Source: Eledone cirrhosa (Eukaryota). From it: a DNA stretch of 64,000 bases. Below, piece by piece: positions 1-10,465 of the stretch (position 1 is its first letter; each line of letters begins with the position of its first letter). The notes beneath the pieces were generated by a model. The model saw only the letters and a list, made by a program, of their open reading frames with translations. It did no database searches and was not told where the DNA came from. The stretch covers positions 81,592,001-81,656,000 of the forward strand of contig OZ024740.1 in assembly GCA_964016885.1 (NCBI GenBank), read 5' to 3'. Position numbers and translations under genes: made by a program.

Positions 1-302
1 TAGCACATGGATAACATGTAATAAAATAAGTCCCTCATCAGTGATTTGCCGACGATCATAGATATTTCATTGCATTAAAATTCATATACCTCACGTCGGT
101 GCAATAATAACTAAATTAAGTTATTAGGACAATTAAAACGCGTAAAGCGAGTGAGACAGGAAAACAACAAAGAGTAGAGCTAACCGTATTGGAAGGAAAC
201 AAGCTTCATAGTTATTCTGTTAGCGTAAGCTAGGTGAATATATGAGCGCTTAGAAAAAAGACCTTTCGCGAACGAATGCAATGTAAGAAAGAGAGAAATT
301 GC

Positions 303-319
303 TTTCGTTACGAACGGGG
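303..319 (+). promoter_or_regulatory. CENP-B-box-like motif TTTCGTTACGAACGGGG, one per monomer (first copy given)
   Basis: Matches NTTCGNNNNANNCGGGN at 8/9 core positions and the human box YTTCGTTGGAARCGGGA at 13/17. Function not shown. Confidence 0.45.
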
Positions 320-340
320 TGAAGTGAGGAGAGGAGACAC

Positions 341-356
341 AGTGAGTGAGTGAGTG
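341..356 (+). repeat. (AGTG)4 microsatellite within each monomer (first copy given)
   Basis: AGTGAGTGAGTGAGTG at 341-356; 5 units near 56046 and 3 units near 57078. Confidence 0.9.
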
Positions 357-434
357 GAAGTGTGGGGAAGAGTTAACTGACACGACAGAGGGGGCGAAAG
401 AAAGTAGAAGAGACAGAGAGAATGAGGAAGCAGT

Positions 435-460
435 GAGAGAGAGAGAGAGAGAAAAAAAAA
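435..460 (+). repeat. Compound (GA)n + A-run microsatellite within each monomer; main source of monomer length variation
   Basis: (GA)9 followed by an A-run at 435-460; n ranges from about 5 to 24 across the array. Confidence 0.93.
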
Positions 461-620
461 CAGAATCGCAGTATAAGTAAATATATGTGATAAAATGGGG
501 AGAAAAATACTGCTGGTAGCACATGGATAACATGTAATAAAATAAGTCCCTCATCAGGGATTTGCCGACGATCATAGATATTTCATTGCATTAAAAATCA
601 TATACCTCACGTCGGTGCAA

Positions 621-642
621 TAATAACTAAATTAAGTTATTA
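621..642. repeat. Inverted repeat TAATAACT-AAATTA-AGTTATTA in each monomer (first full-monomer copy given)
   Basis: Perfect 8-bp arms at 621-628 and 635-642 with a 6-nt spacer centred on AATT. Confidence 0.85.
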
Positions 643-3600
643 GGACAAGTAAAACGCGTATAGCGAGTGAGACAGGAAAACAACAAAGAGTAGAGCTAAC
701 CGTAGAGGAAGGAAACAAGCTTCATAGTTATTCTGTTAGCGTAAGCTAGGTGAATATATGAGCGCTTAGAAAAAAGACCTTTCGCGAACGAATGCAATGT
801 AAGAAAGAGAGAAATTGCTTTCGTTACGAACGGGGTGAAGTTAGGAGGCGAGAAACAGTGAGTGAGTGAGTGGAAGTGTGAGGAAGAGTTAACTGACACG
901 ACAGAGGAGGCGAAAGAAAGTAGGAGAAACAGAGAGAATGAGGGAGCAGTAAGACAGAGAGAGAAAAAAAAACAGAATCGCAGTATAGGTAAATATATGT
1001 GATAAAATGGGGAGAAAAATACTGCTGGTAGCACATGGATAACATGTAATAAAATAAGTCCCTCATCAGGGATTTGCCGACGATCATAGATATTTCATTG
1101 CATTAAAAATCATATACCTCACGTCGGTGCAATAATAACTAAATTAAGTTATTAGGACAATTAAAACGCGTATAGCGAGTGAGACAGGAAAACAACAAAG
1201 AGTAGAGCTAACCGTAGAGGAAGGAAACAAGCTTCATAGTTATTCTGTTAGCGTAAGCTAGGTGAATATATGAGCGCTTAGAAAAAAGACCTTTCGCGAA
1301 CGAATGCAATGTAAGAAAGAGAGAAATTGCTTTCGTTACGAACGGGGTGAAGTGAGGAGAGGAGAAACAGTGAGTGAGTGAGTGGAAGTGTGAGGAAGAG
1401 TTAACTGACACGACAGCAGGGGCGAAAGAAAGTAGGAGAATCAGAGAGAATGAGGGAGCAGTAAGAGAGAGAGAGAGAAAAAAAAACAGAATCGCAGTAT
1501 AGGTAAATATATGTGATAAAATAGGGAGAAAAATACTGCTGGTAGCACATGGATAACATGTAATAAAATAAGTCCCTCATCAGTGATTTGCCGACGATCA
1601 TAGATATTTCATTGCATTAAAATTCATATACCTCACGTCGGTGCAATAATAACTAAATTAAGTTATTAGGACAATTAAAACGCGTAAAGCGAGTGAGACA
1701 GGAAAACAACAAAGAGTAGAGCTAACCGTAGAGGAAGGAAACAAGCTTCATAGTTATTCTGTTAGCGTAAGCTAGGTGAATATATGAGCGCTTAGAAAAA
1801 AGACCTTTCGCGAACGAATGCAATGTAAGAAAGAGAGAAATTGCTTTCGTTACGAACGGGGTGAAGTGAGGAGAGGAGAAACAGTGAGTGAGTGAGTGGA
1901 AGTGTGAGGAAGAGTTAACTGACACGACAGAGGAGACGAAAGAAAGTAGGAGAAAGAGAGAGAATGAGGGAGCAGTAAGAGAGAGAGAGAGAAAAATAAC
2001 AGAATCGCAGTATAGGTAAATATATGTGATAAAATGGGGAGAAAAATACTGCTGGTAGCACATGGATAACATGTAATAAAATAAGTCCCTCATCAGTGAT
2101 TTGCCGACGATCATAGATATTTCATTGCATTAAAAATCATATACCTCACGTCGGAGTAATAATAACTAAATTAAGTTATTAGGACAATTAAAACGCGTAA
2201 AGCGAGTGAGACAGGAAAACAACAAAGAGTAGAGCTAACCGTAGAGGAAGGAAACAAGCTTCATAGTTATTCTTTTAGCGTAAACTAGGTGAATATATGA
2301 GCGCTTAGAAAAAAGACCTTTCGCGAACGAATGCAATGTAAGAAAGAGAGAAATTGCTTTCGTTACGAACGGGGTGAAGTGAGGAGAGGACAAACAGTGA
2401 GTGAGTGAGTGGAAGTGTGAGGAAGAGTTAACTGACACGACAGAAGGGGCGAAAGAAAGTAGGAGAATCAGAGAGAATGAGGGAGCAGTAAGAGAGAGAG
2501 AGAGAAAAAAAAAACAGAATCGCAGTATAGGTAAATATATGTGATAAAATAGGGAGAAAAATACTGCTGGTAGCACATGGATAACATGTAATAAAATAAG
2601 TCCCTCATCAGTGATTTGCCGACGATCATAGATATTTCATTGCATTAAAATTCATATACCTCACGTCGGTGCAATAATAACTAAATTAAGTTATTAGGAC
2701 AATTAAAACGCGTAAAGCGAGTGAGACAGGAAAACAACAAAGAGTAGAGCTAACCGTATTGGATGGAAACAAGCTTCATAGTTATTCTGTTAGCGTAAGC
2801 TAGGTGAATATATGAGCGCTTAGAAAAAAGACCTTTCGCGAACGAATGCAATGTAAGAAAGAGAGAAATTGCTTTCGTTACGAACGGGGTGAAGTGAGGA
2901 GAGGAGACACAGTGAGTGAGTGAGTGGAAGTGTGGGGAAGAGTTAACTGACACGACAGAGGGGGCGAAAGAAAGTAGAAGAGACAGAGAGAATGAGGAAG
3001 CAGTGAGAGAGAGAGAGAGAGAAAAAAAAACAGAATCGCAGTATAAGTAAATATATGTGATAAAATGGGGAGAAAAATACTGCTGGTAGCACATGGATAA
3101 CATGTAATAAAATAAGTCCCTCATCAGGGATTTGCCGACGATCATAGATATTTCATTGCATTAAAAATCATATACCTCACGTCGGTGCAATAATAACTAA
3201 ATTAAGTTATTAGGACAAGTAAAACGCGTATAGCGAGTGAGACAGGAAAACAACAAAGAGTAGAGCTAACCGTAGAGGAAGGAAACAAGCTTCATAGTTA
3301 TTCTGTTAGCGTAAGCTAGGTGAATATATGAGCGCTTAGAAAAAAGACCTTTCGCGAACGAATGCAATGTAAGAAAGAGAGAAATTGCTTTCGTTACGAA
3401 CGGGGTGAAGTTAGGAGGCGAGAAACAGTGAGTGAGTGAGTGGAAGTGTGAGGAAGAGTTAACTGACACGACAGAGGAGGCGAAAGAAAGTAGGAGAAAC
3501 AGAGAGAATGAGGGAGCAGTAAGACAGAGAGAGAAAAAAAAACAGAATCGCAGTATAGGTAAATATATGTGATAAAATGGGGAGAAAAATACTGCTGGTA

Positions 3601-6600
3601 GCACATGGATAACATGTAATAAAATAAGTCCCTCATCAGTGATTTGCCGACGATCATAGATATTTCATTGCATTAAAAATCATATACCTCACGTCGGTGC
3701 AATAATAACTAAATTAAGTTATTAGGACAATTAACACGCGTAAAGCGAGTGAGACAGGAAAACAACAAAGAGTAGAGCTAACCGTAGAGGAAGGAAACAA
3801 GCTTCATAGTTATTCTTTTAGCGTAAGCTAGGTGAATATATGAGCGCTTAGAAAAAAGACCTTTCGCGAACGAATGCAATGTAAGAAAGAGAGAAATTGC
3901 TTTCGTTACTAACGGGGTGAAGTGAGGAGAGGAGAAACAGTGAGTGAGTGAGTGGAACTGTGAGGAAGAGTTAACTGACACGACAGAGGGGGCGAAAGAA
4001 AGTAGGAGAATCAGAGAGAATGAGGGAGCAGTAAGAGAGAGAGAGAGAAAAAAAAACAGAATGGCAGTATAGGTAAATATATGTGATAAAATAGGGAGAA
4101 AAATACTGCTGGTAGCACATGGATAACATGTAATAAAATAAGTCCCTCATCAGTGATTTGCTGACGATCATAGATATTTCATTGCATTAAAATTCATATA
4201 CCTCACGTCGGTGCAATAATAACTAAATTAAGTTATTAGGACAATTAAAACGCGTAAAGCGAGTGAGACAGGAAAACAACAAAGAGTAGGGCTAACCGTA
4301 GAGGAAGGAAACAAGCTTCATAGTTATTCTGTTAGCGTAAGCTAGGTGAATATATGAGCGCTTAGAAAAAAGACCTTTCGCGAACGAATGCAATGTAAGA
4401 AAGAGAGAAATTGCTTTCGTTACGAACGGGGTGAAGTGAGGAGAGGAGAAACAGTGAGTGAGTGAGTGGAAGTGTGGGGAAGAGTTAACTGACACGACAG
4501 AGGGGGCGAAAGAAAGTAGGAGAAACAGAGAGAATGAGGAAGCAGTAAGAGAGAGAGAGAGAGAATAAAAAACAGAATCGCAGTATAGGTAAATATATGT
4601 GATAAAATGGGGAGAAAAATACTGCTGGTAGCACATGGATAACATGTAATAAAATAAGTCCCTTATCAGGGATTTGCCGACGATCATAGATATTTCATTG
4701 CATTAAAAATCATATACCTCACGTCGGTGCAATAATAACTAAATTAAGTTATTAGGACAATTAAAACGCGTATAGCGAGTGAGACAGGAAAACAACAAAG
4801 AGTAGAGCTAACCGTAGAGGAAGGAAACAAGCTTCATAGTTATTCTGTTAGCGTAAGCTAGGTGAATATATGAGCGCTTAGAAAAAAGACCTTTCGCGAA
4901 CGAATGCAATGTAAGAAAGAGAGAAATTGCTTTCGTTACGAACGGGGTGAAGTGAGGAGAGGAGAAACAGTGAGTGAGTGAGTGGAAGTGTGAGGAAGAG
5001 TTAACTGACACGACAGTAGGGGCGAAAGAAAGTAGGAGAATCAGAGAGAATGAGGGAGCAGTAAGAGAGAGAGAGAGAAAAAAAACAGAATCGCAGTATA
5101 GGTAAATATATGTGATAAAATAGGGAGAAAAATACTGCTGGTAGCACATGGATAACATGTAATAAAATAAGTCCCTCATCAGTGATTTGCCGACGATCAT
5201 AGATATTTCATTGCATTAAAATTCATATACCTCACGTCGGTGCAATAATAACTAAATTAAGTTATTAGGACAATTAAAACGCGTAAAGCGAGTGAGACAG
5301 GAAAACAACAAAGAGTAGAGCTAACCGTAGAGGAAGGAAACAAGCTTCATAGTTATTCTGTTAGCGTAAGCTAGGTGAATATATGAGCGCTTAGAAAAAA
5401 GACCTTTCGCGAACGAATGCAATGTAAGAAAGAGAGAAATTGCTTTCGTTACGAACGGGGTGAAGTGAGGAGAGGAGAAACAGTGAGTGAGTGAGTGGAA
5501 GTGTGAGGAAGAGTTAACTGACACGACAGAGGAGACGAAAGAAAGTAGGAGAAAGAGAGAGAATGAGGGAGCAGTAAGAGAGAGAGAGAAAAAAATAACA
5601 GAATCGCAGTATAGGTAAATATATGTGATAAAATGGGGAGACAAATACTGCTGGTAGCACATGGATAACATGTAATAAAATAAGTCCCTCATCAGTGATT
5701 TGCCGACGATCATAGATATTTCATTGCATTAAAAATCATATACCTCACGTCGGAGTAATAATAACTAAATTAAGTTATTAGGACAATTAAAACGCGTAAA
5801 GCGAGTGAGACAGGAAAACAACAAAGAGTAGAGCTAACCGTAGAGGAAGGAAACAAGCTTCATAGTTATTCTTTTAGCGTAAACTAGGTGAATATATGAG
5901 CGCTTAGAAAAAAGACCTTTCGCGAACGAATGCAATGTAAGAAAGAGAGAAATTGCTTTCGTTACGAACGGGGTGAAGTGAGGAGAGGACAAACAGTGAG
6001 TGAGTGAGTGGAAGTGTGAGGAAGAGTTAACTGACACGACAGAAGGGGCGAAAGAAAGTAGGAGAATCAGAGAGAATGAGGGAGCAGTAAGAGAGAGAGA
6101 GAGAAAAAAAAACAGAATCGCAGTATAGGTAAATATATGTGATAAAATAGGGAGAAAAATACTGCTGGTAGCACATGGATAACATGTAATAAAATAAGTC
6201 CCTCATCAGTGATTTGCCGACGATCATAGATATTTCATTGCATTAAAATTCATATACCTCACGTCGGTGCAATAATAACTAAATTAAGTTATTAGGACAA
6301 TTAAAACGCGTAAAGCGAGTGAGACAGGAAAACAACAAAGAGTAGAGCTAACCGTAGAGGAAGGAAACAAGCTTCATAGTTATTCTGTTAGCGTCAGCTA
6401 GGTGAATATATGAGCGCTTAGAAAAAAGACCTTTCGCGAACGAATGCAATGTAAGAAAGAGAGAAATTGCTTTCGTTACGAACGGGGTGAAGTGAGGAGA
6501 GGAGACACAGTGAGTGAGTGAGTGGAAGTGTGGGGAAGAGTTAACTGACACGACAGAGGGGGCGAAAGAAAGTAGAAGAGACAGAGAGAATGAGGAAGCA

Positions 6601-7375
6601 GTGAGAGAGAGAGAGAGAGAAAAAAAAACAGAATCGCAGTATAGGTAAATATATGTGATAAAATGGGGAGAAAAATACTGCTGGTAGCACATGGATAACA
6701 TGTAATAAAATAAGTCCCTCATCAGGGATTTGCCGACGATCATAGATATTTCATTGCATTAAAAATCATATACCTCACGTCGGTGCAATAATAACTAAAT
6801 TAAGTAATTAGGACAAGTAAAACGCGTATAGCGAGTGAGACAGGAAAACAACAAAGAGTAGAGCTAACCGTAGAGGAAGGAAACAAGCTTCATAGTTATT
6901 CTGTTAGCGTAAGCTAGGTGAATATATGAGCGCTTAGAAAAAAGACCTTTCGCGAACGAATGCAATGTAAGAAAGAGAGAAATTGCTTTCGTTACGAACG
7001 GGGTGAAGTGAGGAGGCGAGAAACAGTAAGTGAGTGAGTGGAAGTGTGAGGAAGAGTTAACTGACACGACAGAGGAGGCGAAAGAAAGTAGGAGAAACAG
7101 AGAGAATGAGGGAGCAGTAAGACAGAGAGAGAAAAAAAAACAGAATCGCAATATAGGTAAATATATGTGATAAAATGGGGAGAAAAATACTGCTGGTAGC
7201 ACATGGATAACATGTAATAAAATAAGTCCCTCATCAGTGATTTGCCGACGATCATAGATATTTCATTGCATTAAAAATCATATACCTCACGTCGGTGCAA
7301 TAATAACTAAATTAAGTTATTAGGACAATTAACACGCGTAAAGCGAGTGAGACAGGAAAACAACAAAGAGTAGAG

Positions 7376-10300
7376 CTAACCGTAGAGGAAGGAAACAAGC
7401 TTCATAGTTATTCTTTTAGCGTAAGCTAGGTGAATATATGAGCGCTTAGAAAAAAGACCTTTCGCGAACGAATGCAATGTAAGAAAGAGAGAAATTGCTT
7501 TCGTTACGAACGGGGTGAAGTGAGGAGAGGAGAAACAGTGAGTGAGTGAGTGGAAGTGTGAGGAAGAGTTAACTGACACGACAGAGGGGGCGAAAGAAAG
7601 TAGGAGAATCAGAGAGAATGAGGGAGCAGTAAGAGAGAGAGAGAGAAAAAAAAACAGAATCGCAGTATAGGTAAATATATGTGATAAAATAGGGAGAAAA
7701 ATACTGCTGGTAGCACATGGATAACATGTAATAAAATAAGTCCCTCATCAGTGATTTGCTGACGATCATAGATATTTCATTGCATTAAAATTCATATACC
7801 TCACGTCGGTGCAATAATAACTAAATTAAGTTATTAGGACAATTAAAACGCGTAAAGCGAGTGAGACAGCAAAACAACAAAGAGTAGAGCTAACCGTAGA
7901 GGAAGGAAACAAGCTTCATAGTTATTCTGTTAGCGTAAGCTAGGTGAATATATGAGCGCTTAGAAAAAAGACCTTTCGCGAACGAATGCAATGTAAGAAA
8001 GAGAGAAATTGCTTTCGTTACGAACGGGGTGAAGTGAGGAGAGGAGAAACAGTGAGTGAGTGAGTGGAAGTGTGGGGAAGAGTTAACTGACACGACAGAG
8101 GGGGCGAAAGAAAGTAGGAGAAACAGAGAGAATGAGGAAGCAGTAAGAGAGAGAGAGAGAGAAAAAAAAACAGAATCGCAGTATAGGTAAATATATGTGA
8201 TAAAATGGGGAGAAAAATACTGCTGGTAGCACATGGATAACATGTAATAAAATAAGTCCCTCATCAGGGATTTGCCGACGATCATAGATATTTCATTGCA
8301 TTAAAAATCATATACCTCACGTCGGTGCAATAATAACTAAATTAAGTTATTAGGACAATTAAAACGCGTATAGCGAGTGAGACAGGAAAACAACAAAGAG
8401 TAGAGCTAACCGTAGCGGAAGGAAACAAGCTTCATAGTTATTCTGTTAGCGTAAGCTAGGTGAATATATGAGCGCTTAGAAAAAAGACCTTTCGCGAACG
8501 AATGCAATGTAAGAAAGAGAGAAATTGCTTTCGTTACGAACGGGGTGAAGTGAGGAGAGGAGAAACAGTGAGTGAGTGAGTGGAAGTGTGAGGAAGAGTT
8601 AACTGACACGACAGAGGGGGCGAAAGAAAGTAGGAGAATCAGAGAGAATGAGGGAGCAGTAAGAGAGAGAGAGAGAAAAAAAAACAGAATCGCAGTATAG
8701 GTAAATATATGTGATAAAATAGGGAGAAAAATACTGCTGGTAGCACATGGATAACATGTAATAAAATAAGTCCCTCATCAGTGATTTGCTGACGATCATA
8801 GATATTTCATTGCATTAAAATTCATATACCTCACGTCGGTGCAATAATAACTAAATTAAGTTATTAGGACAATTAAAACGCGTAAAGCGAGTGAGACAGG
8901 AAAACAACAAAGTGTAGAGCTAACCGTAGAGGAAGGAAACAAGCTTCATAGTTATTCTGTTAGCGTAAGCTAGGTGAATATATGAGCGCTTAGAAAAAAG
9001 ACCTTTCGCGAACGAATGCAATGTAAGAAAGAGAGAAATTGCTTTCGTTACGAACGGGGTGAAGTGAGGAGAGGAGAAACAGTGAGTGAGTGAGTGGAAG
9101 TGTGGGGAAGAGTTAACTGACACGACAGAGGGGGCGAAAGAAAGTAGGAGAAACAGAGAGAATGAGGAAGCAGTAAGAGAGAGAGAGAGAGAAAAAAAAA
9201 CAGAATCGCAGTATAGGTAAATATATGTGATAAAATGGGGAGAAAAATACTGCTGGTAGCACATGGATAACATGTAATAAAATAAGTCCCTCATCAGGGA
9301 TTTGCCGACGATCATAGATATTTCATTGCATTAAAAATCATATACCTCACGTCGGTGCAATAATAACTAAATTAAGTTATTAGGACAATTAAAACGCGTA
9401 TAGCGAGTGAGACAGGAAAACAACAAAGAGTAGAGCTAACCGTAGAGGAAGGAAACAAGCTTCATAGTTATTCTGTTAGCGTAAGCTAGGTGAATATATG
9501 AGCGCTTAGAAAAAAGACCTTTCGCGAACGAATGCAATGTAAGAAAGAGAGAAATTGCTTTCGTTACGAACGGGGTGAAGTGAGGAGAGGAGAAACAGTG
9601 AGTGAGTGAGTGGAAGTGTGAGGAAGAGTTAACTGACACGACAGAGGGGGCGAAAGAAAGTAGGAGAATCAGAGAGAATGAGGGAGCAGTAAGAGAGAGA
9701 GAGAGAAAAAAAAACAGAATCGCAGTATAGGTAAATATATGTGATAAAATAGGGAGAAAAATACTGCTGGTAGCACATGGATAACATGTAATAAAATAAG
9801 TCCCTCATCAGTGATTTGCTGACGATCATAGATATTTCATTGCATTAAAATTCATATACCTCACGTCGGTGCAATAATAACTAAATTAAGTTATTAGGAT
9901 AATTAAAACGCGTAAAGCGAGTGAGACAGGAAAACAACAAAGTGTAGAGCTAACCGTAGAGGAAGGAAACAAGCTTCATAGTTATTCTGTTAGCGTAAGC
10001 TAGGTGAATATATGAGCGCTTAGAAAAAAGACCTTTCGCGAACGAATGCAATGTAAGAAAGAGAGAAATTGCTTTCGTTACGAACGGGGTGAAGTGAGGA
10101 GAGGAGAAACAGTGAGTGAGTGAGTGGAAGTGTGGGGAAGAGTTAACTGACACGACAGAGGGTGCGAAAGAAAGTAGGAGAAACAGAGAGAATGAGGAAG
10201 CAGTAAGAGAGAGAGAGAGAGAAAAAAAAACAGAATCGCAGTATAGGTAAATATATGTGATAAAATGGGGAGAAAAATACTGCTGGTAGCACATGGATAA

Positions 10301-10465
10301 CATGTAATAAAATAAGTCCCTCATCAGGGATTTGCCGACGATCATAGATATTTCATTGCATTAAAAATCATATACCTCACGTCGGTGCAATAATAACTAA
10401 ATTAAGTTATTAGGACAATTAAAACGCGTATAGCGAGTGAGACAGGAAAACAACAAAGAGTAGAG
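7376..10465. repeat. Dimeric higher-order repeat, 1030 bp, three copies
   Basis: Alternating 514 and 516 bp monomers at 7376/7890, 8406/8920, 9436/9950; GCTGACG in every first monomer and CAGGGA plus CGTATAG in every second. Confidence 0.85.

Larger units (their letters stand above)
180..695. repeat. Representative monomer (516 bp; phase is arbitrary)
   Basis: Order: CTAACCGT, HindIII AAGCTT, AfeI AGCGCT, NruI TCGCGA, TTTCGTTACGAACGGGG, (AGTG)4, HpaI GTTAAC, (GA)n-An, ACATGGATAACATGT, CCCTCATCAG, TAATAACT/AGTTATTA dyad, MluI ACGCGT, CAACAAAGAGTAGAG. Confidence 0.95.
180..8405. repeat. Higher-order repeat zone: a 5-mer (2570 bp) followed by a 7-mer period (~3598 bp)
   Basis: Variant monomers pair as 180/2750/6348, 696/3266/6864, 1208/4808, 1722/5321, 2235/5834 and 3778/7376. 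Confidence 0.85.

Noticed and set aside
316-395. G-quadruplex from GGGG runs
   Set aside because: Only two or three runs lie in this span and they are separated by about 20-45 nt.
536-541. AATAAA polyadenylation signal
   Set aside because: Expected by chance in AT-rich sequence; no associated gene.
550-557. C/D-box snoRNA (UGAUGA on the minus strand)
   Set aside because: No suitably spaced downstream CUGA box D or terminal stem seen.
640-644. Insect-type telomeric TTAGG
   Set aside because: A single isolated pentamer per monomer, not tandem.
180-695. Tandem RNA gene (5S rRNA, tRNA, snRNA, spliced leader)
   Set aside because: No recognisable 5S, tRNA or U-snRNA sequence. CCGTAG resembles only the first bases of the dinoflagellate spliced leader and the rest does not match.
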